A DNA stretch of 64,000 bases, taken from NCBI RefSeq assembly GCF_018350175.1, contig NC_058382.1, forward strand, positions 54,934,001 through 54,998,000, written 5' to 3'. Origin of the DNA: Felis catus. Taxonomy: Eukaryota. The translations under genes were made by a program, and so were the position numbers. Under the pieces are notes generated by a model. It had not been told where the DNA came from, did not search any database, and saw nothing but the letters and a program-made list of their open reading frames with translations. Positions within the stretch are counted from its first letter, which is position 1. Every line of letters begins with the position of its first letter. Positions 11,501 through 24,460 of the stretch are shown here, one piece after another.

Positions 11501-13419
11501 TGCTACATCACTCCAGTTAGGATTAATACAAATAGCTGTCACGTAAGGCTACCGTAGACCCGGAACGGGGCCCTTTCCTCCAGTGACAGAAGGTGCCGTG
11601 AATGGCTCACCGGAATGACATAATTGGAGAATCAGACGCTATCTTGGTAAATCTCGCAACAGTCCTGGGAGGAGGTCGCATCCTTCCCATTTCCCAGAGC
11701 TGGGGTCCGAGGCTGGAGGCTACCTGTGGCCACACGGCCAGTCGCTGACAGAGCTGGGTTGCCCCTCAGCCCTCAGCCTTTTCCCGGTGCCTTCCCAGCT
11801 GGACCGAAGCACGACTCGAGCAGCGAGAAACATCCTGGCAACCGGCCTTCATTCCGTGCCAGGATGTGCCAAAGAACCTGCCCAGCATTTCGGGATCAAC
11901 TGGGCAGGTGAGGCCGAATCCTCCCCATCTGTGCTCGGAGGCTTCAAAGTGAGCCGCAGCACAACGGAGCATCTTGGCCTCCTGGTTCCTGTCCTTGAAC
12001 CTCCGGGCTCCCTCCTGCTTTCACATGTGGAAATGGATCTCTGCTGGGTGGTGCGGACGTGTGTGGGGATGTGAGGGGTGGGGCGTGTCCGGTCTGGCTT
12101 TGAGGGCCGGGCAGGCGGGCACCACTTGGCTGCTGTTTCAGAGAACACACTATCGATTTTCTATTGAGTGCTTGAGAGTGCAGGGCCAGGATTGGGGATA
12201 ATGAGAGGCGTGTTTCGTCAGTCTGAAAGCAGCTTCGATAGCTATCAGAAAATCAATTGTAGGCCTGGCGGGGCTCTGAAACCATCCTTGGCTCTGTTTA
12301 TTCTTTTAGCGAGCGTGTCTCCTGTACCAGGCGCTATTCCAGGGACCGGAGGTTCACCTCGGCGCATCTGAGCCAGGTCTCCCCTGGGTGGTTGATTCCT
12401 CGCCCTTCCTCTGCTCGGGGGGCTGTGGGGGAAAGGGGGGACCCTGCAGGCTGCATGTCTCTGGGTTCAGCCACTGGGAGGAACAGGCGAGAGGCTGGGG
12501 GGGGGGGGTCTCTCCCTGTCTCTGTCCCCGCGAGGCTCTCTGACGGCAGCTGCGACTCCCCCTGTGGTTCTGTCCCCAGCCCCTGGGCTTCAGTTCCACC
12601 CCTCTCTCCCTCTGTCCCTCACATCAAGGAGTGGTGGCAGCTTCCAGCCGGTGCTGACCTCTGGGCCACCTCATCGTCCCCCATTTGACTTCTTGGCTCT
12701 TCCATGCCTGTGTGCCCGTTTTCCTGCATTAAAGCCCCTCAGTTCAAACACTGCAGGGGTTCCTGTCTTTGGTGAGACCCTGACAGATCTGGCAGGTGAA
12801 GACGTCACGGTTCTAGCTTCTGAGTGATTTCTGGTCCCATCACCCAGCCACGGGTCTGGGCCATAGTTCTTGTTCCCTTTGCGGTTTTCCGTGCACGGAA
12901 CGCCCTGCCCCTTGCGCTCCAGCCTGCCGCTGCCCGATGGCAGCCTGCGTTGTCACGTCAGCCCCTCGTCTTTCCCGGGGCCCCTGGGCACTTGCTGCAG
13001 TACACGTCCAATCGTGCTTCTCCTCTGCACTGAGTCTGCTGCCTGCTCCCCACTGGCCTCCTATAGGATCTCAGCCATGCCACGCTGCTTCCTCTCCCTA
13101 AAGCGCACATCTGGCTCACCGCCTGCTGTTCGAGGCATGTGCTCTTCGTAGGCTTGGAATCTCCACCCAGCGCTCCCCCCGGGACACTCTAACATCTGTC
13201 CCTCTGTCTTGGCCAAGTCCACGCAGGACCCAGCTCCCACTAGACCGTGTTCCCACTAGAGGAAGCTGACCTCGCCTCCCCAGCGTGAGTGTCTCATCGA
13301 TGGCCAGGCAGCCAGGGCTCGTGGCTCCCTGAAGCTGGGACCTGGTCTGGCTGTGCACTGCTGAGATCAGGGGCCTAGCGGAGAGTACTAAAGCACCAAC
13401 GTGTCTGTCTTAAAGCAGT

Positions 13420-13860
13420 TGTCCTTCGCGCACCTAGAGACATGCCCAAGGATGTGTAAGGGAGCAGACTGAAAAGCTAGAGACGACATCCAAGCTCATC
13501 GGTGAAGGACTAGGTTAATCAATTTTAGTGTATTTATTCTGTGGAATACGATGGAATGGTGAAAAAGAAAGGTAAATGTAAAATGCATTGCTACGGAAAG
13601 ATGTCCTAAGCATGCCCTTGTTTAAGGCTCATTGTTACACAAAAGCATGAAAGAAAAACTCTTTTCTTACATGTACATAAGTGCCTAGAAAAATGACTTC
13701 AAGGAAACACCTCAAATTGGCTACCCAAGGGGTTATCTCTGGGGAAGGTGAGTGGGATTGAATCCAGATGAAAGAGACTTTGCTGCTTTTTGTTCTTCAC
13801 ATTTCTGTGTTGTTCGAATTTTTATGACGACACTGTATTCATGCGTCACCTGCATGATTG
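13420..13860 (+). mobile_element. Ancient L1ME-type 3' fragment
   Basis: cccaaggatgtg...tattctgtggaatacg...acggaaagatgtcc...ggttatctctgggg. Confidence 0.55.
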
Positions 13861-14273
13861 CAGAATGAATAACGGGCTCCCAAGGGGTACAACTCCTCTC
13901 CCCCACCCCCCTGTTAGAGGCAGCGTGTCCTAGGAATCTCCCCTCAAGACACCAGGGAGGCTGGAAACCTTTCCTGCAGGATAGCAGTGGCGACGCCCTT
14001 GGGAACATGTCAGAAACAGTCCTACCCATTGGACTGCCATTTTTGGACTTAGGTATTTCCCGGAGACCTGGAAGATTCAGCCATGGCACAAAGTTGGCAG
14101 TGGCTTGAAACATCTATTTTACTTCTGACCTCCCACGACAACAATGGGAACCTTTCATAGTTCTTGGATTTTCTAGAAAATCGGACACCAGTAGATTTGT
14201 GGAATTTCTTCGCAGGCAACATTCAATGAAAGGAGTCTCTTTGAGCACCAGTCTCCCAACTCCACCTTGATTA

Positions 14274-14275
<2 letters not shown>

Positions 14276-14318
<43 letters not shown>
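14276..14318. repeat. (TG)n microsatellite
   Basis: Perfect TG dinucleotide run. Confidence 0.97.
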
Positions 14319-14321
<3 letters not shown>

Positions 14322-15214
14322 GGTCGGAGGAGAAAGTGGGTAATGCAGCTATTTGAGGACTAGTCATTCTTTCCAAGGCTTCAGTCAATAGCATGCTATT
14401 TCCCAAGTCCCCTTTGAAACTCCTGTGGCTAAAGCCTGTGGATGATCTCATCCCTCCATTTCCTATTTGGCTCTTTCTTTGGTCAAAAGATAGCTGAGTG
14501 CAGAAAATTTGTCACAATTCTGAAACTTTGACCTGCCATCTGCTACAGGGTCAGCTCACCCAGCCCCACTGGCTTATCCTCTGGGATTGTTGACGCCATG
14601 GAGTTGGGAAGTGGAGAGAGATGTCAGGGTCATGGAGGGAAACAATGGCCTTATCATGGCGAATGGGATACAGGAAATGCCCAGACCTATCTGGGAAAGG
14701 AGGGGACAGGCACGGGAGAGCCTTTCTCCTGACGTCCCCAAAGTGACCAGGCTGGGCTGCACCCCTCCAGCTTGGTGAGAGGTTCAGAGACCGGCCACGG
14801 ACAAGGGAAGTGATGTCTGCTGTGCCCTGCGTGTGAACCAGGCATGGTGCTGGGCTCTTGGCTCACATGACTGTGTTTATTTCTCAACCAGCCGTGTGCA
14901 GTAGACGTAAGCATCCTACCTTACGCACCAGCCAAGTGAGCTCAAACCGATTAACTGTCTACCTGCTTCCTGTGTTCTTTGCCTCTTGGTATTGATTTAA
15001 AAATATAAAACAAAACCCCTGTGATTACTGGTCTTACCACTACACCACACCTGTTTCTCTTTGAGAGCCAAGCTTGGGCCCCCAGGAAAAGTCCTAGCCT
15101 CCTGGCTCCCTCAACTCATACAGCACAGGAAGTGGTTTCTCTGGTCTGTTTTCCCACTGTGTCATACCCTCGCTGGGCTTCCCGGCCCCCAGGGCAGCCG
15201 GGAAAACAGTGTTG

Positions 15215-15400
15215 CATGGTGGACAGGAAGGACTTTGAAGACAGTCGGGTCTGGCTACAGTCCTGTGCGTCCCGCTTCCCGTCTCTGTGACCGTGGGCAG
15301 TCACTTAACCTCTCTGAGCCTCATCAGTACAGTGGAGTTGTTAGGAGGGTCAGACGTTAGAATAAACCATGTGTGGTTGCCAGAGTTTGACCACTTGTAA
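15215..15400 (+). mobile_element. MIR SINE
   Basis: ctgtgaccgtgggcagtcacttaacctctctgagcctc. Confidence 0.75.
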
Positions 15401-15939
15401 CCTGCAAAATGGCGGTTGCATGTGGCTCTACATATCTGTACACAACGAAGATGCCTTTGTGAGGTGCTGGGACGTGCCGGCGTCTTGTTTCCTCCCCTAA
15501 GGCCCTCGGCGTTGGGGGCTCTGTCTTCCTGAACCGTAGTGAATGGGAAGTAGGTTCTGAAATGCCCGCCTCAGGATGAACAGGGAGCAGAGAAGTCGTG
15601 ACTCCCTGGAAGGTCCTGTCTGCCCTGAAGGGGGCCATTGACCAAAGCTGTCATTCTGCCAGATTTGTTGGGGGGCTGCAGGGACGCAGGCATGAGAGCT
15701 CACCTAGATGCTTCTCTGTGGCCAACCAGGGTCATTTCAGATGTGTCATGTGCTGACAGGCACGGCCCAGACTGTTTTGGGGGAGTAAATTTATGTGTAC
15801 TGTATGTGGGTTCTTGGGACTGTTCTGTGGCGTCCAGGCACACCCCACACCCAAGGGCGGGATCCTTGGGAGGCTGTGCTGGGTCACCAGGGTCTAACGT
15901 TTGTGCTTCAGCTGCCCTTGTCGTTAAGAAGCAGGGTAG

Positions 15940-16170
15940 TGGGTGACTGGGGGCCCGGGCTGCGGAGTCCGGCTGGCCACGAGTGAACCCCAGGTCTGCC
16001 TCTTACCTGCTGTGTGCCATCAGACAAATTACTTCACCTCTCTGCACCTCAGTTTCCTCATCTGCAATCGTTGCTACCTCATTGATTCTGCGAGACACGA
16101 ATAAGATGCTTCGTATAACGTATCTAATGCAGTGCCCAGCACAAAGTAGGCAATATCTATGAAGTAGCTA
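15940..16170 (+). mobile_element. MIR SINE
   Basis: ttacttcacctctctgcacctcagtttcctcatctgcaa...cagtgcccagcacaaagtagg. Confidence 0.85.
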
Positions 16171-16669
16171 TGAATGTTTCTTAAAATAATGGTTATTAAA
16201 AATTAACGTTAGCTGTTATGAATACGCAGGGCCTGATGCATGGAACGCTGCATTGGGGGTAATAGAGGTGACCAGAATTAATCAGGGCCTTTGACATTGG
16301 ACAGCTCACTTACCCTCCCTGAGCCTCATTCCTCTGTAAGATGTGGGCAGGAAGGAAGGAATTCGATTTACAAATAGGGTTGTGAGGGTAGAATCAGATG
16401 CCACTTCTGGAAGGGCCTCAGCCCAGTGCCTGGTGTGCCCCGGGACTGCCGTATAGCCTGCGGTTCTACTCTGGGAGCCCTGGTGTCCCAGTCTGCCGGC
16501 CCCACTAGAGCCCTGGCCATGTGTTGAAAGAGGTCCCCATGGGGCTCTTACCTGATATGTTCAGCCCTGGAGATTTTTGTATCCCCAGAGCAGGAATGCA
16601 CTTTCAAAAGGATTTACTTTTGGGGTAAATGAATTCTTGAGGAGCAGGAGATGGGCTTTTAAGCCCAGC

Positions 16670-16702
16670 AAACAAAACAAAACAAAATAAAACAAAACAG
16701 AA
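16670..16702. repeat. (AAAAC)n microsatellite
   Basis: aaacaaaacaaaacaaaataaaacaaaac. Confidence 0.9.
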
Positions 16703-16835
16703 ACACGATCGCTTTGGAAGCCTTCTCTCTGTCACTTCCTCGTCCCTGCGGCTGCGGACCGCAGGACCCTGTCAGCCCCATGGCCTTCCTGAGTGGCCTC
16801 TGCATCACTGCTTACCGAGCGGATGGTACTGCGCG

Positions 16836-16874
16836 GTTGCCATGGTAGCAGCAGGATGTGGTTCCTATGGTGAT
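16836..16874. promoter_or_regulatory. Pair of RFX X-box-like motifs
   Basis: GTTGCCATGGTAGC (16836-16849) and GTTCCTATGGTGAT (16861-16874) vs consensus GTTGCCATGGCAAC. Confidence 0.4.
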
Positions 16875-18239
16875 GGTCGGCAGTGGCAGGAAGACAGCAG
16901 AGGTTTCAGTTATCTGGTGGCTCCACGTTTGCCGCCCCCTGAACAGCACAACACGGGCGGCCCCCACTCCGCTCTGCCCTGCAGACTGGTGACCGTGAGC
17001 CTGCTGCCTCCCCAAAATGCCGCCTGCTGCTTCTTAGAAGGGTCCGGCCGCTTCTGCTTCCAGATGATGAGGGGCCCGAGTCGTTCCAGGGGCACCTAGC
17101 CGGGAGGAGACTCTGTGAGGACCCTGAGTGCAGCAGGCGGGGTCTGTGGGAGCTTCTCCAAAAAGCCCCTCTCCCGCGCTTCTTTTCCCATCCGCGCCAC
17201 CTTTGTTCGCGGGCAGGTGTGGGACGGTGATGGCGGACGGACGAGAGAAACCAGATGGTTTTCGAGTCTTGCCATACCTTGCATTCACATCCCCAAACGG
17301 TCACAGTTTGGGGGAGGGGGGTCACTTTGGTTTTCGAGCATGTGATATTGCTCTTCAGCTGGGGGTTGATGAGATCAGAGAAAGGAAAAAGTCTCCTGAA
17401 TGTTTCTCTTCCGTCCTGGCATCCAGAGTCTGACAGATAGAATTTCTCCCTGGAAAGGCGGGTCTGTGATCCAGTGAAATGTGGCATCCAGAATGTTGTT
17501 TCTTTTTTATCTGGAAATGAGGGAGAGAAAGTGTGTAAGCAGCATTCGAGGGGCACTGTTACAATTTAAGAGTAAATCTGGAATTGAGGAGCCGAGCGTG
17601 GGTGGACGTGGGGGCTGCCTGCTGGTGTCCGTGTTGGACAACGCCCAACATTTACACTCGATAAGGTTTCCCAAGAGAAAAGAAATGTCAAGTGTCTTTG
17701 CCTCTTGCTGAAATCCTGTCGGCCTGGTGTGGCAACACGAGTCACTCATGTGGGTCAGGCGCTCCGATTGGTGATCAGTGATGTCACTGGGTTTCCTGGA
17801 TTGTGATTGGTGGATTGGAGCCTGCCATGAGAGCTCAGTGCCAGGTGGCCATACCTGGATTGAAGCAGGAGGGACGGATAGTTCTCTGGGCGCTCAGTGC
17901 CGGTCTTCCACGGCAGGACACCCAGCCCTCCTCCAGTGCCTGTCCTAGCCAGGGAAGTGGAGCAGTGGCAGGGCCCTGGGCCAGGCAGACCTCTTGTTCC
18001 CCTGAAACAGCCAGAGGTGGAAGACTGCCTTCTAGCAGAGGCGTGGGGCACCAGGACCCTGGATACTTTGAGGGAGGAATGCAGTTTAGTAAGCACTCTG
18101 AGCACATGCTGCATGCTCCGAGAGACTCTTTCTTTTTGAATCTTGGGAATAAAAAAAAAAAAATTCACAATTTAGAGTACATATACCGTCAGTAGAATTC
18201 ATTACCTGACCATGTACAGGTGTCAAGGTGACTTTCGGG

Positions 18240-18700
18240 TCGGACAACATACAAATAGCAACAAAGACTAATCTCAGAAAGCCACATTTCTACCACCGAG
18301 AACTGACCACTGGTAACATTTTATTCTCTTTGCTTTGCCTTTTTAAATAAAGGAACGAAACATGGCCAGAGGAGTTAGGATTACCTTGACATTCACCTGT
18401 AGCTCACCACCTGCCTCCAGGTACCCTTCGCTATAGATTTGGTGTGGATCTTTCCATTAGACTTAAATACTTTTACACGCACACACACACACACACCACA
18501 CACACGTACCGTAAACAATACGTAGCGTTGCTTTGGGCGTGTTTTTTAAATGCGCTCACAACTTGGCTTTTCCACCCAGCATTGTTTGTTCCTGTGTCTG
18601 AGACCTGCCTCTGTTGATTTGCACAGATCTGGCCTATTCTTTCCCCTGCTGCAGAGTGCCTCTGTGTCTGCCCTCCTGTTCGTTTGGGGGGCAGCCCCGG
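18240..18700 (-). mobile_element. Ancient L1ME-type fragment(s) containing a (CA)n tract at ~18476-18505
   Basis: caacttggcttttccacccagcattg...tctgagacctgcctctgttgat...ctgctgcagagtgcctctgtgt, typical antisense L1 3' end. Confidence 0.55.
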
Positions 18701-20079
18701 ATGGGGGACAGCGTCACCCCATCTTATAGATGGGCACCCGGAGCCCACAGTCACTCGGCTGCATGGCGGGCTTCATAGCCACCTCCCACCCCGCCCCCAT
18801 TTCGGTGGGACTTCAGAGGCAGGGCGTCCCTCGCGGCACGTCAAGCCTGCCTGGTCCCCGGCCAAGCAGCTGACTAATCCGGTCTGTCGGATCCAGGTTC
18901 CCGAGCCACCCAGCCCGGCCATGTTTGCCTGATTTAGGTCACTGGCAACCCCTCCTCCCTGCAGAGGGCATCGTGGCCTAGAATGCTGTGTGAAAAGGAA
19001 ACGTGCCGACGACACTGTGGTTCGGGTAGCGCTGTGCCCATTTCCCTGACTGCCCTAGGCGCCTGCTTGGAACCTTGCCAGCCGTCCAGCTGAGCACCCT
19101 GAGTCGTCTCCTGAGCTGAGTCACCCCCAAGCAGCCCTGAACTTCTGCTTGGGCACAGCCTCCTTGCCCCGGGAGCGGGGAGGTGAGGCTGATCTCATCC
19201 CTCGGCTCTCTCCCAGCGTCCGGGCCTCTTGAACCAAAGGTGAACCCCTCGCACACTGGCAGAAGCTCACAGCTGCCGGCACCTGAGTCATCGGTGTGTT
19301 CGCCAGGTGTGCGTGTGTGTGCATGTGACGGTGCGTAGGCGTCCATCCACCACGGCGTAGGTTATTTTTCTGTCCCTTCAGCCGTGGCTCCCTCCGGCCC
19401 CACCTCCATCAGCGGCTCCGTGGAGAACACTGACCTGTGACATGCTGGGGTTATCCCAACATCCACTTGGAGACCTGAAAGACCGGGCCCCATCAATGCC
19501 ACCATCCCCTGCTTGTAAGGGAAACCACTTTTGTGGGGGGGGGGGAATCACACAGAACGTGGTTCTTGAGCCTCCAGCTCACCAGCTCTGGGGACGGTGT
19601 GGCTGATGAAACAGGCCTATCTGGGTCTGTCACACGGGAGCCTGCAGCTTAGTGGGACAGACAGGAAACAAGTAGCAGGCAAATACACACAGACCTGTGT
19701 GTCGGGGTTCCTCAGTGAGGCCGGCCTGCGTGTCCTTGCCTGGTGGGTGACTCTGGGTGGGTTAACTAAGTCATCGGGAAAGTTGTCCAACCTCACGGGG
19801 TTATCAGAAAGTCTCAGGCAAGACGATATGCTCTCTCTTCCCTGTGCTGGGCAGGTGGCCTCTTTTACAGAGGTGGAAACTGAGGCCAGGGAGGTGGAGT
19901 GGCCTGCTCATGGTGGCACATCGGCTCACAAGCCCAGGTCCGTGGGGCGGCCCAGCCTGGCTCAGGGCCACCAGGAGACTGCCCCTGCCTCTGGCCACGA
20001 GAGAGGCCGTTCTTCTTAAAGGTCATGGCCTTCTGTGTTCTGCAGGGTCCGTTTTCTTTTATTTTTATTTTTTATCCAC

Positions 20080-20433
20080 TCAGATATACATAACACGAAG
20101 TTCACCATTCTAGCCGTTTCGCGGTGCACAGTTCTGTGGTGTTAAAGTACGTTCATGCTTTCTACACTCATCGCCACTGTCCGTCTCCAGAACTTTTTCA
20201 GCTTCCCAAACTGAAGCGCTGTCCGTCCCCGTTAAATGCTGACTCCCCCAGCCCCTGTGGCCACCGGTTGCCTTTCTGTCTCTAGAAATCCCGCCCCTCG
20301 AGGTTCTTTAGAGAAGTGGAATCCTAGAGTTTGTGTGTTTTCGTGTCTGGCTTATTTCACTTAGCACAGTATCCTCGAGGTTCATTCCTATTGTAACGTG
20401 TCCACATTTCCTTCTTTTCCAGGGCTGAATAAC

Positions 20434-20486
<53 letters not shown>

Positions 20487-20620
20487 TTTACACATCCCGC
20501 ATTTTGTTCCTCTCCTCATGTGTCAGAGGACGTTTGGGTTGTCTGCACCTCGTAGCTAATGTGACTCGCGCTGCTGTGCACACTGATGCGCAGAATCTGT
20601 TTGAACCCCTGTTTTCACCT
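20080..20620 (-). mobile_element. L1MB-type 3' end fragment containing (TG)n at ~20436-20487
   Basis: acataacacgaagttcaccattctagccg...ctccagaactttttcagcttcccaaactgaa...tggcttatttcacttagcacag. Confidence 0.85.
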
Positions 20621-20702
20621 CGTCGGGGTCGGTGCCTGGCTGCAGGGAGCGTGTTCTCATGAGGAATAAAATAAAGGGAATGAAAAGAAAGCTACTGACT
20701 TC

Positions 20703-21322
20703 CAGGAGTTCTCATCCTTGGGGCCATGGGTAGAATTCAGGGGACCTGGGAATTGGATGTGAAAAAAATGGCACTTTCTGGTCACGACCCTGTAACTAAA
20801 ATGCCGCATTTCTTCCAGTGATGACAGTAGCCGGTGCTGCTGTCGTCTTCATGGGCAGGAACTGTGACTCAGGCACCAGCAGAAATCACAGATGTTTTCA
20901 GGTCCTTTTCCCTCTGTTACGGGCATCTCGAATCTCTTTATGGTCATTACTGCTCCCAAGTCCCGGTAGTTGTCGGGCCTGCTCTCGATCTCGTTATTTA
21001 ATGCAGGAAAGAAGCTATCTTTTGCTCTGTCACACGTTTTAAGAAATATTTTGATAATTGTATTGCGGTGTGCTGGGCTTCCTTTGTAATCCTATGGATT
21101 TATTTTATACGTTTTAAAAAGCTTACTCCGGGGCGCCTGGCTGGCTCAGTTGGTGGAGCTTGGGACTCCTGACCTCAGTCAGGGTCATGAGTTCGAGACC
21201 CATGTTGGGTGTAGAGAATACTTAAAAAGAAAAAAAAAAAAAAGCTTACCCTGAGAAAGCGTCCAGATTCTTCACCACGCAACCAAGGGCTCCAAGACGC
21301 ACAAAAGGTTGAGGGGACCGTG
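20703..21322. mobile_element. Charlie4a-like hAT-Charlie DNA transposon (SINE inserted)
   Basis: caggagttctcatccttggggccatgggtagaattcagggg...agaaatcacagat...ctttgtaatcctatg...cacaaaaggttgagggg; subfamily name from memory. Confidence 0.7.
21130..21243 (+). mobile_element. Short older CAN-SINE
   Basis: ggggcgcctggctggctcagttggtggagc...gagttcgagacccatgttgggtgtagag + A-tail; TSD aaaaagcttac. Confidence 0.9.
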
Positions 21323-21674
21323 TCAACTCCCCACCCCCACCCCCGGGAGTGCACACAGGCTCCCTGAACTCCTTCAGATGCAGAACCAGCCTCCAGAGTC
21401 GGTTTACGTCATCGTTTCCAGCCAGCTCCTCACAGGAGAGTCCGAGTTTCTTTGGAGGAGTGGTCGAGTGTCTGGAATCTTCCATGCTTTTCAACCTATC
21501 CCCCTCCCCAGAATAAGAAGAGAAGTTCCATTTCGTAATCACCAGAGTCTTCTCTGTTTCTAGAACGGCCGTAGATGTGTCTCGAGTCTGCCTGGGCTCC
21601 CAGGAGTGAGCTCACGGGGCTGTGAGCTTTGCCATTTAGAAGCTGGTTTTATGCTGGTGGACGCGGTAGGTGGG

Positions 21675-21778
21675 GTGGACTTCTGACCCCCAGGACTGTA
21701 AGACAGTAAATGTGTGTGTGTCATTTTAGGCACTAAGTTCTAGTGACTTGTTACAGCAGCCATCGGAGCCTGATTCAT
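21675..21778 (+). mobile_element. MLT1 (ERVL-MaLR) LTR 3' fragment
   Basis: ggacttctgacccccaggactgtaagacagtaaat...ttgttacagcagccatcgg. Confidence 0.75.
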
Positions 21779-22775
21779 TGGTTAATCGTGGAGTCATCTG
21801 AAAACCTGTGTGCCAGGGTCGGGGTTAAGGGTGGGGGTGTGTGAAGGGCTTTTGGGACACGGATGGTTAGACCATCCCCATCATGTGAAAAACCGCTGAG
21901 AGAGTTCATGTTCCAGCCAGGCAGCTAGAAAATGGCTTTCTCCGTAGATAAATGGTTGTGACCGTTAACGCCAGGGGAAAATTAGACTCTGGGCCTGATC
22001 TATTCTGATCCGGGTCCCTGCGTGTTAGGATGTTTGAACCTTCTTCCTAGGGGATCCTGATCATCCCAGGCATATAGGATGTGAATAGGGCCCCGCTTTG
22101 GGGGGGAAAATCCTAGTAAAAGTGGGGGATCCCTCAGAGCCCTTGATGGATTTCCCGTTACTCATTTCTCCCGACTGTTGGGCGGGAAGGTGGGGTGTTT
22201 AGTGAGTATCACTGTAACCTGTACTTTTCTAAAGTCAAACAGATTTCTCTTGGTGGGAGTATTCCTCTTTTGTGGGATCCGCGCAGCCCGTCTGACTCAG
22301 CGACTCACCCATTACCCTCCGCAGCTGACGCTCCTGACGGTTCACTTGACTCTCCTGCCTCCTTCTCACAAAGCCTGCTTGTCACTCAGCCCCCCTCGCT
22401 CCCCAGAAGCAGAGCAGAGCCTCTCCCGCCCCCCTCCCACTCTCTCCCCCGGCGGGGGGCCCGTGTGACTGCTACCTCCGAGACTTCTGTGTCACCGGGA
22501 ATGGAAATATCACCAAGCGATGGGACCGGGAGCCTCCTCCAGATACTACCCGGGGCGGCATCGCTGAGCGTCACTGACACGCGGGTGCTGTGCTCTCTTC
22601 TACATATATTACCTTGTTTGATCGTTACAGCCCCTGCATTAAAATTTTTTTCTCTCCTAACATCCCAGGGCCGATCATTGGAAAAGCTAAATGTAGCACC
22701 CGGCACATTTGCCCCCTCACTGCCACTTTCCTTCTCCCGCCATTAACTTGTTCTAATACTATCTCGGATGGTCGC

Positions 22776-22890
22776 TGCGGTGGGTTGAAATGTGCCCCCC
22801 CCCCCCACATATGTTCAAGTCCAAACCTCCAGTAGGCAGGAATGTGACCTTACTTGGACTAGGGTCTCTGCAGATTTCATCAGTGTAATC
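22776..22890 (+). mobile_element. MLT1 LTR 5' fragment
   Basis: tgggttgaaatgtgccccc...atatgttcaagtcc...gaatgtgaccttacttggactagggtctctgcaga. Confidence 0.8.
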
Positions 22891-23259
22891 CAGTCCGACC
22901 TTTGCTTGGAGAAGTGGGTTCATTGGGTTCAAGATCATTCCTTTCCTTCCAAGTTAGCTGATTTCAGGAGGTCAAACTGTGTTGTGGCTTTTCCCAGACT
23001 GGCTGATTCAAACTATTGCCACAGCCAGGAAAGGGGGAGAAAAAGAGATTATTGACTAAGAAACATTCATTCCTGTTGCAAATTACTAGTTGGGGCTAGT
23101 TGTTGATTATCTCACCTCTCTTGCCGTTTGTATTTAGAAATGGCTCATAAATTTGCTTACGTGGGTCTGGTTTGTCCTCTAAAATAAAACAATTGCACTG
23201 CAAAGAGCTCCAAAACCGTCCTGTGGTTCCACAGTTTCCCCTTCATGGAGCTCCAACCA

Positions 23260-23420
23260 TCAGGCATGGAGCCGGGTGCTTTGCTTACATTGTCTGTAGT
23301 TTACGCAGTAATCTGGGAAGCTCCGTTTTACAGATGAGGAAACTGAGGCAGAGGATAGCTGAGAAAGTCCGCTCATGTGTGTGCAAGCTGGCTTTCACAC
23401 CTCATTCTTCAGACTCCAGA
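23260..23420 (-). mobile_element. MIR SINE
   Basis: ccgttttacagatgaggaaactgaggcagag. Confidence 0.85.
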
Positions 23421-24049
23421 TTCTCTCCTGCCCTGCCTGTCTTTGAGCTTAACTGCCAGCAAGTTCATGATCAGATGGCGGAGAAAAACAAATACAGCGT
23501 TCCCATTTAGCTGTGCGTTTGCTAGAACTGTGCACATGCTTGTGCAGGCCTGTGTATATGTATCATCGTCTTCAAGAACAGTAACCATCGCTAATGTTGA
23601 AAAATGTCCTAAGCGACCTTTCGTGCCAGGCCCATAAATCGAGCTCCACAGGGAAATCGCCTGGCTTATTGCGAGTCTCTTTAAGAACGTTTTAAATCCT
23701 GCACACAGCCCTGGGCCTCCCCAGGGAGGGGAGCTGCACTCAGGTGGGTCCCACAGGCCAGGCCGCAGGAAGCACCCTCAGCTTGTCTGGTGCCTGGGTC
23801 AGGAAAAGCTTCCCTGGGACCAGAGGAAAGCGGGAGGTGATGTTGTGGACCTCGTGCTGTGCGGTGGGTTGGCAGGACCCTCGCCTTTTCTCCACCAGCC
23901 CCCGAAGGAGGGCAGAGGCGTGGCACTGGTGTGGGTCTGCGCCCTTTTCCCGGTGTGATTGATGCCCGGCTGGTCTTTCAATGATTAACCGCTCGACCTT
24001 GGGCTCAGTGTGGCCTCCTGGGAGCCCCACTCATGGGCCTCTTCCTGTG

Positions 24050-24460
24050 ACACGCCCGGCGATGCACCTGGAGGTCTTTGCCCCGGCCGGTCCCTCCACA
24101 TGGGGTGTCTCTGCCCAGAAATCCACACTGCCTGCTCTGCACTGATGTTGGGTCTTTACTCAGAAGTCACTTAACTGGGTTTCTTCGGCTGTCCCACTGA
24201 AAGTGCTAACACTCCCCCTGGTATTTTATTTTATGTCTCATTTCTCTGCCTTAATTTTCCTTCTTAGCACTTTACCAGAATCTGACAGACTATGTATGTC
24301 TCATTTAGTTTGTTTATTGTCTCCTCCTGTTAGAAAGGCAGAGATCTTTGTTTGTTTTCTGGCCCTCCTGCTCCTGTATCCCGGGCATTTGGAACAGGGC
24401 CTGGTCCTTGTGCGTGTTCGGTACTCTTCTGAGTGAGCGAATGGATGGATAAGTGAATCG
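24050..24460 (+). mobile_element. L2 LINE 3' fragment
   Basis: tttgtttattgtctcctcc...aggcagagatctttgtttgtttt...tgtatcccgggcatttggaacagggcctgg...gaatggatggat. Confidence 0.7.

Noticed and set aside
14342..14354. 13-mer aatgcagctattt shared with ~35853-35865
   Set aside because: A short match of this length can occur by chance in 64 kb, and the flanks do not extend meaningfully.
21675..22890. MLT1 3' piece followed 1 kb later by an MLT1 5' piece, suggesting a provirus with internal region
   Set aside because: The intervening sequence does not resemble MLT1 internal sequence as far as I can tell; probably two independent LTR fragments.
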